From Laetmonice hystrix (taxonomy: Eukaryota): a stretch of DNA of 64,000 nucleotides. Positions within the stretch are counted from its first letter, which is position 1; each line of letters opens with the position of its first letter. Made by a program: the position numbers and the translations under genes. Shown here piece by piece: positions 38,996 through 53,310 of this stretch. Below the pieces are notes generated by a model, which was given only the letters and a program-made list of their open reading frames with translations, searched no databases and had not been told where the DNA came from. The stretch covers positions 21,330,001 through 21,394,000 of the forward strand of contig OZ249436.1 in the NCBI GenBank assembly GCA_965235115.1, written 5' to 3'.

Positions 38996-39679
38996 AACCT
39001 AAATAACGACCGCAGGTCATCGGACTTGCAAGCCACCGACCCCCACCCCTACCCCCTACCTCAACCCCCGCCCGACAGCGGCCAGGGTGTCCCACTGAGC
39101 CCCCTTTTATCCAAACCCTCACCTGAGAAGCACACCTATAAATACGATAGTTGGACGAGCGTCCAGTCGGCAGTAACATCCCGGTCCAATAATAATTGCC
39201 CGCTCCATTGGTAGCGTCTTGTGTTTCGCTTGGATTTCAATCTACCCTTTCAATGGCGCAGGCGTCCCCCTCAACAGGCCGCGTTGGTCATGGCTGCCGG
39301 CGCACTTGTTCACGCAGCGGGCCTGACTGTACCTGCCACTCTGCCCCTACCTTTAATAATTAATTGTTACCCTCCTTCAGTGTCGGAGTAACCCTCACAG
39401 TCTCACCCTCCGCAAGCATATGGGGTGCGAGTTTCCACCCTGTCTCTATGCTACCCTCCCGTTCTTAACGTCTGGCCCCCCTCTTTCAGCACCTGATAGG
39501 TCATGCCCCAAGCGTCGCCCTCTTTCGATGGAATGCAGACGCCAAGTGCACTTTGTTCCTCATATTTTCTTTTCTTCTTTCAGTCGTAAAGGTTTTAGCA
39601 GAGCTCCACAGTCCTCTTTCTGCAATCGTTTCGATCTGTCTCGAGCTTGACAACGAGACACATACCCTTCCCTGGCGGA

Positions 39680-40140
39680 TGGCGTCAGACGTCATATGCC
39701 AGGTCGATACGATTGGCGTCAGACGTCATATGCCAGGTCGATCCTGACAATTGGCGTCAGACGTCATATGCCAGGTCGATCCTGACGATTGGCGTCAGAC
39801 GTCATATGGCAGGATCCTGAAGATTGGTGTCAGACGTCATATGGCAGGATCCTGACGATTGGCGTCAGACGTCATATGGCAGGATCCTGACGATTGGCGT
39901 CAGACGTCGTATGCCAGATCGATCCTGACGATTGGCGTCAGACGTCATATGCCAGGTCGATCCTGACGATTGGCGTCAGACGTCATATTATGCCAGGTCG
40001 ATCCTGACGATTGGCGTCAGACGTCATATGCCAGGTCGATCCTGACGATTGGCGTCAGACGTCATATACCAGGTCGATCCTGACGATTGGCGTCAGACGT
40101 CATATACCAGGTCGATCCTGACGATTGGCGTCAGACGTCA
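39680..40140. repeat. 38-bp minisatellite, ~12 copies
   Basis: Unit TGGCGTCAGACGTCATATGCCAGGTCGATCCTGACGAT with internal deletion variants. Confidence 0.95.
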
Positions 40141-40902
40141 CATCCCCATGCAAGGCTGGCAAACTTGCCCGGCCTATATCCTCCCTCCCCTGTGATAAAG
40201 TCACCTGTGTCAGGCCCACATTTTAGTGATCAGTTAATATGTCTTATCAACTTCACCTCTCTCTCTCTCTTGGCCTGACGCTCCATTTGCTGCTCCAAAG
40301 TTATAAGAGAGATTACACCAGTGGTGTAGATCACGACGATCTCCCTGGGTGAGGATAAAAATATACAGCCTTACTTTCAAATAAACTTACTTATCTATAC
40401 CTAACGCTATAGTTGCGATGGCTTGCCCTCCTTAATGCCGTTTTTAGAAACCAGAATGGTGCTTTCAGCCGTTCCCACATCAAAAGGCCTGGTGGCCGCC
40501 CACGTATTTTTACCCGTAATAGTGCTGCGTCATTCCGTCAACAACCAGACTAGGATCTTCCTGGTTAAAGTGTCCCTTTCTTGAGGAAAATATCCAGAAG
40601 CTCGTGCGTGCACTGGGTGTTTTTCCACGAATAAGTAATGTACTTGTGTTAAAACTTTTCCGAAGGCGTACCTGGTTACTCCACTATAATATGAAAAGAA
40701 ACAGCACTGGAAATGATCTCCGGAACATTATAAGAATGCATCTTTAACTCTTACAATGGCTGACAGAAAGAAGAAGAAAACAGACAATGGAAAGACTTCG
40801 TTGGTCATGACGTTTTGGAATCCTGCAATAGGATGGAGAGTTACTGTTTACCGTGATCAGAATCTCTAAAACGTCTCCAACATAACATGCCGAAACCCAA
40901 CT

Positions 40903-41249
40903 CACTGTACACCTGGACAGGAGGGGAGCCGCACATTGCTATCAGCCAGCTCACACTCTATACCTGGACAGGAGGGGAGCCGCACATTGCTATCAGCCAG
41001 CTCACACTGTATACCTGGACAGGAGGGGAGCCGCACATTGCTATCAGCCAGCTCACACTCTATAGCTGGACAGGAGGGGAGTCGCACATTGCTATCAGCC
41101 AGCTCACACTGTATACCTGGACAGGAGGGGAGCCGCACATTGCTATCAGCTAGCTCACACTGTATACCTGGACAGAAGGGGAGCCGCACATTGCTGTCAG
41201 TTAGCTCACACTCTATACCTGGACAGGAGGGGAGCCGCACATTGCTATC
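40903..41249. repeat. 51-bp minisatellite, ~7 copies
   Basis: Unit TATACCTGGACAGGAGGGGAGCCGCACATTGCTATCAGCCAGCTCACACTS. Confidence 0.95.
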
Positions 41250-44200
41250 CCGCCCGCAGTGACACTGTCCCACAGGCGTCCACATTCCGCGCCCCTAATT
41301 ACGTCGCCGTTCACTCTGTCGCATGTTGTGTGCAGGGCAATAGCAGTTGGCAGGGCAAATCTGTCTACCTCGCCAACGGCAAAGGGGCTTCAAGAGGACA
41401 ACGACCGGATCGTCTCTACTTTTACAGTGCCCGTAAATCCGTAAACCTTCGCAGAGCGAGAACATCAAAAAGTTTGCTCTGCGGGCAGGTCCCCTTATCA
41501 GACATCGCTCCGTGCACGCCCCCGGCACAGCCGACCAGTCATATTTCAGAGAGCCTTTCTACTGGGGCGTTGTGGCTTTTCTCCTGCGGCACGTCGGCTA
41601 CTTTTAAAGGACACTGACTAAGGCCAGAGCCGAGGAGAAGGAAGCCGCGGAAGGCAATGAGCGAGGTCGGCCGTGTTTATAGGTACCGGCATAACGTATC
41701 TCGGGGCTACAAGACACAACCGGTCGGATACTATTATAAAGACGCGCGTATGTTTATCGTTGTCGGCGTTATGACACTGGTCTCAATTACAACCTGCGTC
41801 AGGAACCTCCCCCAATGACCTGCTGAGGGGGAGGGTGGCGGGAGGGTGTGGTCCCACACCCGAGGGCCAACCTGCCCCACTACCTGCCAGCCATTACCCA
41901 AGAATGCCATGGGTCGGGCAGGTAGAAGGGCACGTCCCACGCCCCCTGAACTGTTCCCGGAGGTCCCCGTGGGTAGGAGCCGGGCGGGCCCTGGGGTCGT
42001 ACACCGGCCACCAACACCAACTCTTGGGTCTGGGTCTGCCAATCGATTGTTCTCTTTTCTTTGGGTGGCCGGAAGGCCGCGACTTTCCTTAGTAAGAAGT
42101 CCTACACAATTGCGACGAGTTTTGTTTTTTACCAGTGTAATTTCTGGATGTAGGGGGCCTACTTTAAAACTTTAAATCTTTGTTACGCTGCAGGAATGGT
42201 ATGTTTGAATGTCATCAGAAGGGACGCTCCATATCCTCAATCAGCCAAATCAACTCCGCCTGAACCTCCTGGACCGACGCTCTTCGATCTGCGCCAGCTC
42301 GTACATGAACAGAAACACTTACAGCTGACTGAAGATGATAATAGGCCCGGCTTGATTAGTGAACACGAAACAATCATTCCCTGAGTGTAACGTTAGACAC
42401 CAGACATTCTACCACGCTCATTTCATCTATGGGTTGGTTGGCAGGTTACTCATAAAAGTCTATACATGGTCGAAATATCATTCAACACCTTACAAATATA
42501 CATATAAAAATACTTGAGGCAGTTTACAGATCTGAAAAATACTTTATATCCTATTACACCTGCCCTCAAAACACTATGGGCTACGTCTCGACGGAGGAAA
42601 AAAAGTCATCTATCATTTTTCTTTGCTACTCACGTCACATAAGATACAGGTGAAAATTGAGTCAAATTACTTATGACACCAAGTGTACACGAATTGTGGT
42701 CGAGTTGACATTGTGGAATCTCCACTATACCTTGGGCATGACGGTCGCAAAAAAGCTGCCTGCGGAGCCGACAGTACCTATACGCTGACTGCTATATGGC
42801 CGAGGGTTGTTCATATTGTGTTGGCTTGCAGAAAGCCGAACATCAATGAATCATGACCATTGTTAGTTGGTCGTGACCTACATAGTCCCGCGTCTTCTCG
42901 TCTACCTGGACCCATGCACTACGGTTGGGACACGAGTCTCGAAATTTACTAGAAATAAGGACCTGGCTCTGACCCGGTCGGTATATAGGACTCACTGGGC
43001 TCTAAGTTTAATGAGAAACAGTTCTATCGTAGTACCTTGGGAGGCAGTGATGTCTCAGTTATGATACGGAAGTTCCAACTGGTTCGTGCTGTGTGAGCAG
43101 CAGGGAAACTGGTCAAAGTATAGGAGAGATCATAGAAAACTTTGGTATTAAGTGGACATTTTCTCAGTCCCTTTACAAAGGTTACGACGGTATAGACTTT
43201 CCCCGTCCCTTAACGTAATAATGAGTCAGCTTCGGGATATACAGCCCACATTATTATCATACTTTATGCTTCGATAATTTTCTCTTATTCATATCACTGT
43301 ATAAGAAGGCGTCTTGTGTATTAAACTTTCATATTCAGACGGTCTATATTTTAGGAGTAGCTCATACATTTGTAAATGCACAAACGAATGAAACAATTAG
43401 GAGTAGATAAATGGAGCTGTGACCGAGTTTGTCTAACCCAATTATGACACCAAGCCTGGCTGAATTCGCTAACTACCAGAATACCCAAATGGGATTATCC
43501 AACCCTTTCATGCGTGCCTCTGGTCCGTAATGCATTCCAACACAGACGTGCTCTTTCAAATACACATTTTGTGGTGTGGCGACTGATAGGGGCTCAGGCG
43601 ATCGCATTGTTTATTGGGCCGTTCCTTTGATGGTGAACAGGCAGTAGCTGGATAGCTTGTATAATTGCGATGTGTATTCAGCCGTGTCTGAATACACAAT
43701 CAGAGCGTGAATGCATCGCGCATCCAGCTCTGGCTCCATCTTTCTGCTAACTGTTAAAGCAATCGAAGGGGGTGTTAATTTGGCAAGCTGTTCGCTGTTT
43801 TCTATCATCACCTGAAGTTATATCATTCATACCCTCACTTTCACATTAAATGAGAATTTGTTATATATACAGTTGATATTATCATATGTAGATGAAGCAT
43901 TGCGTGTCGGGTTAGAGGAACTATGCTTCTGACTAATGCTTCTTTTCAGAATATGCAAAATATGCTAAACATGATTGCTAAGTTAGCAGCTGCACTGACT
44001 AGTGTTCCCTTGAACACCTGTAAAAATCTGTGCTCTGTTTGTAAGACACACAATGTCCCGACTCAAACTAGGTCAGTGGATTTGCGGTAGATTACACATT
44101 TCATTCGCCACGCACGGAACACGTGTATTTGACAAACAATCCAGTTCATACGAAACGACCATAAATCGCTAACTTCTAGCCCACGCCATGTCGCCTGCAG

Positions 44201-47200
44201 CCTACATCCTTTCCCCCCGTTGGATGTTTGCAAACTCAACCCCTAGAAAAATTCCTGGAAGACCCCTAGCCTGCTCACCTGGCCGGATAGGGCGGGTGAA
44301 CGGCTGCCTTGGCCGACCTGGTCCAGGTTGAGCGATATTACAGGCAGTTTGCTGAGCTGGTCTAGGCAGCCCGATTTCCCGCCATTTATAGCGAACTCGC
44401 AGCTCCTTTATGTTGGTCGCGCAGGGCACGTGGGCCACCCAGAGGCTGGCGTCAGGCCAGGTGTTCCACGCCGCCTCTCGTACAGTCATCATGATCTTTG
44501 TCCCTGATCTTCATCACCAGCTCACACATTAATAAATACAATGTGGAATATAACTATGTGATAACAATTACTGTCCCTCTGTGGAGTTGTGTGTTTACCC
44601 CCCTTGACATGCCTGGTTCATCTGGTGTTTGGGAGTGTGTCAAAGAGAGGGTTTGGGGAAGGCAGCGTGCTGATACACCTGCACAGTTGTGGGCAGCACA
44701 TCCACCTGTTGTTGTTATGGCCGTTCCGGTCGGTGGCTGGAGTCAGGGACGGCTGACTGGTTTCACGGTCTCTGCCTACCTACCACATGTCACCAGCTGA
44801 CGGTGGCGGCAGCCTCCTGTCTGTCGCCATGGGCGAACAGATACCTGCCCATCCTCCCCCCTCCTCCTCCGGGAGCCCTATACCTGTTCTCAAAATACAC
44901 CTCCGCGATTACAATCGAGATTGGTACTCTACTATTAGCCCGCACCTACCCCGATTTAAATATAGATACGCCAAACGATGACCGATATATGTACCATGAA
45001 ATCTCAGCACTTAGCGGGGTGGTGTGTATTCCACCGTCTGTTAACGCCATTGTGTCTGGTTTTGACTGACTTGAGCCATACCAGTGGTTTATTTCGCTGT
45101 CTTTTCAACCCTATCTTATGTCCATGATGTTCCAATCTATAAGGAAGCCACTTCAAACGACAACCATTATATAGCGGGGTTGGAATAGGGTCTCCTGTGA
45201 CTATCTATAGATAGCAGTTCATCGAGGCTACATAATGAATGCTTGCACAAGTCTCCCAAGAACTTACATTAATTTGTGGTACCAAAATGACCGAATGGTC
45301 GGCTCTTGTGGTATGATACATATTAGACAAGATATCTGTTGGCCATCTTGAGGATACCTTGTCCTGGGACAATGTCACTTCAAAGATGGTCACATCAAAC
45401 ACGGAACTATGCGAACTACTGGGAACTCCGGCTTCTGTGCGTTGTGTGCTAGGTGTCTGAACATTCCATCATCTATTTGAAGTCGGGTTTGTGCTGGATG
45501 GATGGGTAAGATAAGACACAGTGAAGACCATCCCTGGTGTCGGCTGAGTACGTCTTTAGTAAAAGCGACCCGTATATCCTTGGTGTCGATAACCACGACA
45601 AAGTTGGCAGCTGCAAACGTGCATCGAAATGTCAGCTGGCTTCAGGTGGGAAGATGTCGTCGTATCGGTGGCCGCTGGCTAGTACCAGTGTCGGGTCCGT
45701 CGATCTATCATGAAGATAACTTGGACACTGTCACCCAACAGTGTCCTGTCCTTCGGTTCCACATGTGTGCCTTGGACCCACAACAAAACCATAGAGCCCA
45801 ACAGCGTGGCCACTGAAGGTGGACTCATGGCGGCCATTCGAACCAATTCTCCGTGTATTCACTCACCGAAGCCATTCTCAACTAACCTCTCAAGTTTTGT
45901 ACGAAACGTGTCTGCCCTCGCTGGGCTCCGCGTGACGATCAACGTAATACTAAGAACATGTGACCCAATCCCAAACTTGTCGGTGGTGAAGGCAGGCTGT
46001 GGTCGACGGACGTGTGCTGTTAAATATGGCAAGTTTCTACATTCAATGCGTAACTGATGTGTTGAAAAACACCTACCTTTGCCCAGCTTAGTGGAGTGAG
46101 ACATGTTCGGCTTGACTGGTTCCATGCCGCAACTACTCGTCCAGTACCTCTGTACACACTGCTCGTATAGGTAGACGCGAGGCCTGTCCGTGTGGCTACC
46201 CAACCGGCACAAAACTCCTCGTCTATAGCCGCTCTCTGCGATTGTCCAACGCTTCAACCACGTTCACAGTCAAAACTGAGTTAACTGCCGGAGTTAGGCA
46301 GTCCCAACTCGACATAGCATTACGTGAGCTGCGGGAGGCTTAATGTAGCTGGATTATATTTTTGGTGCTAAGTTGGGCGCCAAGTGCTCCGTTCAGTCCG
46401 AGGGCACACTTGGCTAGGCGCGTTATGGCCCACCTGAGACTGAGACAGCCCACTGCACACGCTCTACCTTAGAGCCCGACAACTGGGACACGTCGCTCGA
46501 CCATGGCCACCTCAGGTGCTCAGTCTATCTGGCTGGCTCCAATTTTGCACGATTCTTCTAACCAGTGTCTAGATGAGTTTGGATACTGTCTGTGCACTTG
46601 TTGAAGGCATTCCTGGACTTAAGAATGGTATATATTTCTGCATACTTTTGGGGCTTCCTACATACATATTAAGCGCAGGTACACCTGGTCATGATTGGCT
46701 GACTTCGTTTTGACGCCTATTATCATGCAGAGTAGGCATGGCCTACTTGGCACGCTCGGCCTGCCTGGACGTCGCAGAGGCTACACAGGGGTGCTTTGCA
46801 CAATTTGCACTTGGGCTGGGGGACACCCTCCGCCATACTTGGGGAGTCCTCGACACGACACAGTTGTAGCCACGAGTACGCATCACTGCCTTCAGTAGAT
46901 CAATAAATGACACAAGGCGGCCAAAGTTATGACTTAGTGATGAAGCTATGACCGAGAAGTTAACCATGTGCGCTAGATCCCACAGCTCTCAGCGTGTCTG
47001 GTAACAAACATCATGATTGGAGTTGGTGTGTGACACAAGATGACTGTGGTGGCCTAACCTCAGACAGATATATCTCTAGCAGAGCCATACATCTTCAGAT
47101 GTTAACTATACTTGTGTATTTCGCTCTACTCCCATTTGATCGACTCTGTCTAGAAAAAAGGGGTTTAACCCCCCCTCTCCCACCCCACCCCGCTTTAAAA

Positions 47201-48652
47201 AAGAATTGCACTGACACGGCAGTGTTTGAAAGGAGATGAAGCAAGCATGCGTCGAGTCTAGTTTATGATACAAGTATCACGTGGTTGGAGAGGGGGCTCT
47301 GGAAAGATGCCAAATTTTACAATAGCAATGTACTGCATTAAGAAGGCTTTCACGGTTTCAAGTCAACTGTAGAGTTGAATATATGAAGAAAAAACGTGCC
47401 CGAGTTGGAATCAGACTCCCGTATGTTTACAATATTGCGCTTGACCAATCAAGGATGGCCAGAGTTGAGGTCAGTCCTGATGTCAATGGTTTAGTGTTGA
47501 TATTTTGACCGCTAAGGTCACCGATCAGTCCAATGGCGTAAACATAGACGCGTTCGGTCGTCTGCTGTGCCCTGGGTGCTCAATTTTGGCGCGAAAATTG
47601 CATTGAAAGCCTGTTTATTAAACAGAAGATGAACAATTGTAAGGTAAACTTCATCAACGTAATAACTACATAAGAATTGGCCACAGCAATTGATACTGGT
47701 TCAAAAGGGCATTGGTGTCGTGTCCCTCTCAATCTTGGACCATTGGTTATAAATCATCGACGCCACGCATTCATGGACTTGCTCTGATGATCTCACAATC
47801 AATCAATTGGTCTGACCCAATCAAAGATCCAATTCTGGATGACCCATCATATCCTCTACGGTATGCCTATATAGAAAACTGTAGAATCCTATGTTGCTGG
47901 TTCTTCAGATCCTAATATCCCACTCATGGTGTGTGTAGTTTATACATTTTGGTTTTAATGAGTGCGGATTTTTGGAGGGAGAAGGGGCCACAATGGCTGA
48001 GTTAGAAGCGCCAAGGTTTGCGCCTTAGGTGACGCCAGTGGAAGGTGACCTTTTTGGGGGTGACGTCGTCCTCGATATGTCTCCCAGTGGGTAAATGTTC
48101 TACCCCAGTGTAACAGTGAAGACAGGTCGGGGGTATAGTAATGTATTTCCCCCTCGCCAGACAGATAGAAACGGGCAGTATATCACAGTGTTTAAACTGC
48201 TGGCAGCTAAACTGCGCATACAGTCCCCTTCTAACGTTATCTCGTTTTCTTCCCTCACAACAGCATCTTTTTCCCCCCACTTTTTCTGTTTGCCTTTGAG
48301 AATACGTTGTATTCTTCATTAAGTACAGAGCGATCTACTGTGAGATAAATGCACCGCATGTACTAATAAGGAAAATATGTTATCGTAACAGTGTACTCAC
48401 CCAAATACATCATTGAGAAATTACTTAGGGCGTAGTTTCAGTAATGAACATCAATATTGAGGTTCTTTGGTTAAAGGCTCGGTGACATGGCCATTGGCAA
48501 GCTATCTAAATGATGGAAAGTCACCCGCCAATGATTTAACAGTTTTAAATCATTCTGTATAGTATGAGTTAAAGACCCGCTATACACACACATAAAGGTC
48601 CATGATGATGATCATGTATATGCAACACGGCACATGATTCAAGCCGTGGCAT

Positions 48653-49465
48653 GGAATAGGTCTGCTCAGACAATGGAGTGTAGGAATAGGTCTGCTCAGA
48701 CAGTGGAGTGTAGGAATAGGTCTGCTCAGACAGTGGAGTGTAGGAATAGGTCTGCTCAGACAATGGAGTGCAGGAATAGGTCTGCTCAGACAGTGGAGTG
48801 CAGGAATAGGTCTGCTCAGACAGTGGAGTGCAGGAATAGGTCTGCTCAGACAGTGGAGTGTAGGAATAGGTCTGCTCAGACAGTGGAGTGCAGGAATAGG
48901 TCTGCTCAGACAGTGGAGTGTAGGAATAGGTCTGCTCAGACAGTGGAGTGTAGGAATAGGTCTGCTCAGACAGTGGAGTGCAGGAATAGGTCTGCTCAGA
49001 CAGTGGAGTGTAGGAATAGGTCTGCTCAGACAGTGGAGTGTAGGAATAGCTAGGTCTGCTCAGACAGTGGAGTGCAGGAATAGGTCTGCTCAGACAATGG
49101 AGTGTAGGAATAGGTCTGCTCAGACAGTGGAGTGTAGGAATAGGTCTGCTCAGACAGTGGAGTGTAGGAATAGGTCTGCTCAGACAGTGGAGTGCAGGAA
49201 TAGGTCTGCTCAGACAGTGGAGTGTAGGAATAGGTCTGCTCAGACAGTGGAGTGTAGGAATAGGTCTGCTCAGACAGTGGAGTGCAGGAATAGGTCTGCT
49301 CAGACAGTGGAGTGTAGGAATAGGTCTGCTCAGACAGTGGAGTGCAGGAATAGGTCTGCTCAGACAGTGGAGTGTAGGAATAGGTCTGCTCAGACAGTGG
49401 AGTGCAGGAATAGGTCTGCTCAGACAGTGGAGTGTAGGAATAGGTCTGCTCAGACAATGGAGTGT
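48653..49465. repeat. 30-bp minisatellite, ~27 copies
   Basis: Unit GGAATAGGTCTGCTCAGACARTGGAGTGYA; single 4-bp insertion at ~49049 shifts register. Confidence 0.98.
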
Positions 49466-51215
49466 TTTAATCAATGATGATGTGTCTCTGACAAAACCCT
49501 TTAAAACATAGGCCGACCGAAAAAGGAGTGAGAGCCTCCTTATACGAGAAACAAATGTGCCAAAAAAAACCACCACAATTTAACATTTATGACTGACCTG
49601 AGGGCTATATGTGATACGGGTGTCGTGATATATATGCATAATGTAATAAAACAAGGATGTACGTGGTTCTTATCGGGATGTTGCTATGTATGTACGTACG
49701 TTGATTTATGTATACGTACCGTACATCAAAGTATGCATGCTGCACAATCATATAGACACTGGTATCTACATAAAAGTGTGTGCCTGTACGTGTGTATATG
49801 TTTACGTTGGTTTGTGAAGGAAGAAATCCAACTTCAGCCAGACCTGAGCAGGTTTTCACGTTGTTTCGACCTGCCCCGCCCTTAGACTTAACCCGCATAG
49901 TTTCCGAGATGGAAATCTCGGAGCTGGATCCAACTCGGATACCATGTGTGTAGTGGTGGGTACATGACGTCGCCATCATGCACCTTTTCGGCGCCTTAGT
50001 CACGTGTTCAGATCCCACACCGGTGTATGAAGGGGGCGTGGTCGACATTTTGGGAGCCACCAGACCCAAATTGCCACGGGCATGTCGTGGGCTTTGCAGG
50101 GGTGACGGCCGAAGAAAGGCATGGCGGGCGACGGTTAACATATCAACCGGTGTCGGGTGTATAGGATTGCCCTGCTTGCTACATATCGGAGACCTCCGCC
50201 ACTCTATACCTGAGTACCTGGCTGGCGCATACCTTTACCTACCCACCTGACCGCTATATGTCTCACCTGATTACCACCCCCACCCCCAAACCGACCCCAG
50301 CTTGCCCCCAACTTCATCCTGGGGTCAGCAGCGTGCACCCCACCCTCCCGAAATGGCCTAACATACCCTTGCCACGGAGGTAATTAATCAACTGAACCTT
50401 TTGTTGTCCCCTCGTCCCGACAGACAATCTAGAATTAACAGACCAACAGGGGGCAGTGGGATGGGGGTGGTGGGGTAGGGGGTGTATAGGACAGGGGAGT
50501 ACATAGGACTCCACCCCCTCCACCCTTCCACCCCAACCGTCCTTTACCATCCATCGGCCCAGGCGTAAACCGTCATTATTGGGTCCGGCCTGCAAACTTC
50601 CTCCGTAATTTACGTGTATACCTTCAGACTTGGGTGTGCCGCTCCACAGTTAGTTTACGACTGGCGACCGGCCCGACCAGCCACCAGTCTCCGGGCGGGT
50701 CGGGTCGGGAGGGGCCGGTCGGGAGGGCCGGCGGCGGCGGGGGCCGGGGTCGAGGGACAAGTGGCGCATAATGAGACCTGATCGGCTTCGTCTGCGAGAA
50801 AATACTTGCTCGCTAGTAATTAACAAGGTAGACATTACTGTGTGAGTTCTAATACTCCCGACGTTTCACTGAATCTTCAGAGAAAACAGTTCTGGCCTCC
50901 TTTTGAAGTGGTCCGATTAATCGCCAGAGGCAAGACCGAGTCGTGTGTGTGTGTATGTGCACTTTTAGAGACCTCTATAATGCACACGTTGGGCCACCGC
51001 TTGAACGTGTTTTCATCTCCATATTAAAACAGGAATGTTAATCAGTATACTTATTTTTTTGTAGGTATCAATTAAATAATGCAATTCCCTCTAATGTATT
51101 ACGGTGGCCGCACTAGGTCACTGGTTGTGAACGACTTGATGAGGAAAAAGTAAAACACGTGCCGCGTGTTTGTCATTCAGGCGCGCTAACATGTGAAAGA
51201 TTTGTCGGTTATACT

Positions 51216-53310
51216 TACCCACTCCACCCACCCACCCTCCACACCACGCACCCCCTCTCTCCACCCTCTCCACTCCCTGCCCCCCTCCACCACCCTCTCC
51301 ATCCACTCACCCCCTCCACTCACCCCCTCCACTCACCCCCTCCACACCCTACACCCCCTCTCTCCACCCTCTCCACTCCCCGTCCCCCTCCATCACCCTC
51401 TCCATCCACTCACCCCCTCCACTCACCCCCTCCACTCACCCCCTCCACACCCTACACCCCCTCTCTCCACCCTCTCCACTCCCCGTCCCCCTCCATCACC
51501 CTCTCCATCCACTCACCCCCTCCACTCACCCCCTCCACTCACCCCCTCCACACCCTACACCCCCTCTCTCCACCCTCTCCACTCCCCGTCCCCCTCCATC
51601 ACCCTCTCCATCCACTCACCCCCTCCACTCACCCCCTCCACTCACCCCCTCCACACCCTACACCCCCTCTCTCCACCCTCTCCACTCCCCGTCACTCACC
51701 CCCTCCACTCACCCCCTCCACTCACCCCTTCCACTCACCCACTCCACCCACCCGCCCTCCACACCACGCACCCCCTCTCTCCACCCTCTCCACTCCCCGT
51801 CCCCCTCCATCACCCTCCTCATCCACTCACCCCCTCCACTCACCCCCTCCACTCACCCCCTCCACTCACCCCCTCCACTCACCCCCTCCACTCACCCCCT
51901 CCACTCACCCCCTCCACTCACCCCCTCCACTCACCCCCTACACTCACCCCCTCCACTCACCCCCTCCACTCACCCCCTCCACTCACCCCTCCACTCACCC
52001 CCTCCACTCACCCTCTCCACTCACCCCTCCACTCACCCCCTCCACTCACCCCCTCCACTCACCCCCTCCACTCACCCCCTCCACTCACCCCCTCCACTCA
52101 CCCCCTCCACTCACCCCTTCCACTCACCCACTCCACCCACCCGCCCTCCACACCACGCACCCCCTCTCTCCACCCTCTCCACTCCCCGTCCCCCTCCATC
52201 ACCCTCCTCATCCACTCACCCCCTCCACTCACCCCCTCCACTCACCCCCTCCACTCACCCCCTCCACTCACCCCCTCCACTCACCCCCTCCACTCACCCC
52301 CTCCATTCACCCCCTCCACTCACCCCCTCCACTCACCCCCTCCACTCACCCCCTCCACTCACCCCCTCCACTCACCCCCTCCATTCACCCCCTCCACTCA
52401 CCCCCTCCACTCACCCCCTCCACTCACCCCCTCCACTCACCCCCTCCACTCACCCCCTCCACTCACCCCCTCCACTCACCCCTCCACTCACCCCATCCAC
52501 TCACCCCCTCCACTTACCCCCTCCACACCCTACACCTCCTATCTCCACCCCCCCCACTCCCCGTCCCCCTCCATAACCCTACCCATCCACTCACCCCCTC
52601 CACTCACCCCCTCCATTCACCCCTCCACTCTCCCTCCACTCACCCCCTCCACTCACCCCCTCCACTCACCCCCTCCACTCACCCCTCCACTCACCCCCCC
52701 CCACCCCACTCCCCGCCTCCTCCATCACCCTCCCCATCCACCCCCTCCATTCACCCCCTTCACTCACCCCCTCCACTCACCCCTCCACTCACCCCCTCCA
52801 CTCACCCCCTCCACTCACCCCCTCCACTCACCCCCTCCACTCACCCCCTCCACTCACCCCTCCACTCACCCCCTCCACTCACCCCCTTCACTCACCCCCT
52901 CCACTCACCCCCTCCACTCACCCCCTACACTCACCCCCTCCACTCACCCCCTCCACTCACCCCCTCCACTCACCCCTCCACTCACCCCCTCCACTCACCC
53001 CCTCCACTCACCCCCTACACTCACCCCCTCCACTCACCCCCTACACTCACCCCCTCCACTCACCCCCTCCACTCACCCCTCCACTCACCCCCTCCACTCA
53101 CCCCCTTCACTCACCCCCTCCACTCACCCCCTTCACTCACCCCCTCCACTCACCCCCTACACTCACCCCCTCCACTCACCCCCTCCACTCACCCCTCCAC
53201 TCACCCCCTACACTCACCCCCTCCACTCACCCCTCCACCCCTCCCTCCACCCCTCCCCTCCCCGTCTCCTCCTCCCCTTCACTCCCCCTACACTCTCCCC
53301 ACTTCCCCTG
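51216..53310. repeat. C-rich ~13-bp satellite (CCCCCTCCACTCA)n with longer higher-order blocks, ~2.1 kb
   Basis: Nearly G-free on the + strand; source of the 735/722-aa Pro/His/Thr/Ser ORFs. Confidence 0.97.

Noticed and set aside
45200..46300. Cluster of medium ORFs, possible retroelement remnant
   Set aside because: No recognisable RT, integrase, endonuclease or gag motifs in the frames examined.
48569..49576. 335-aa ORF
   Set aside because: Derived from the 30-bp minisatellite.
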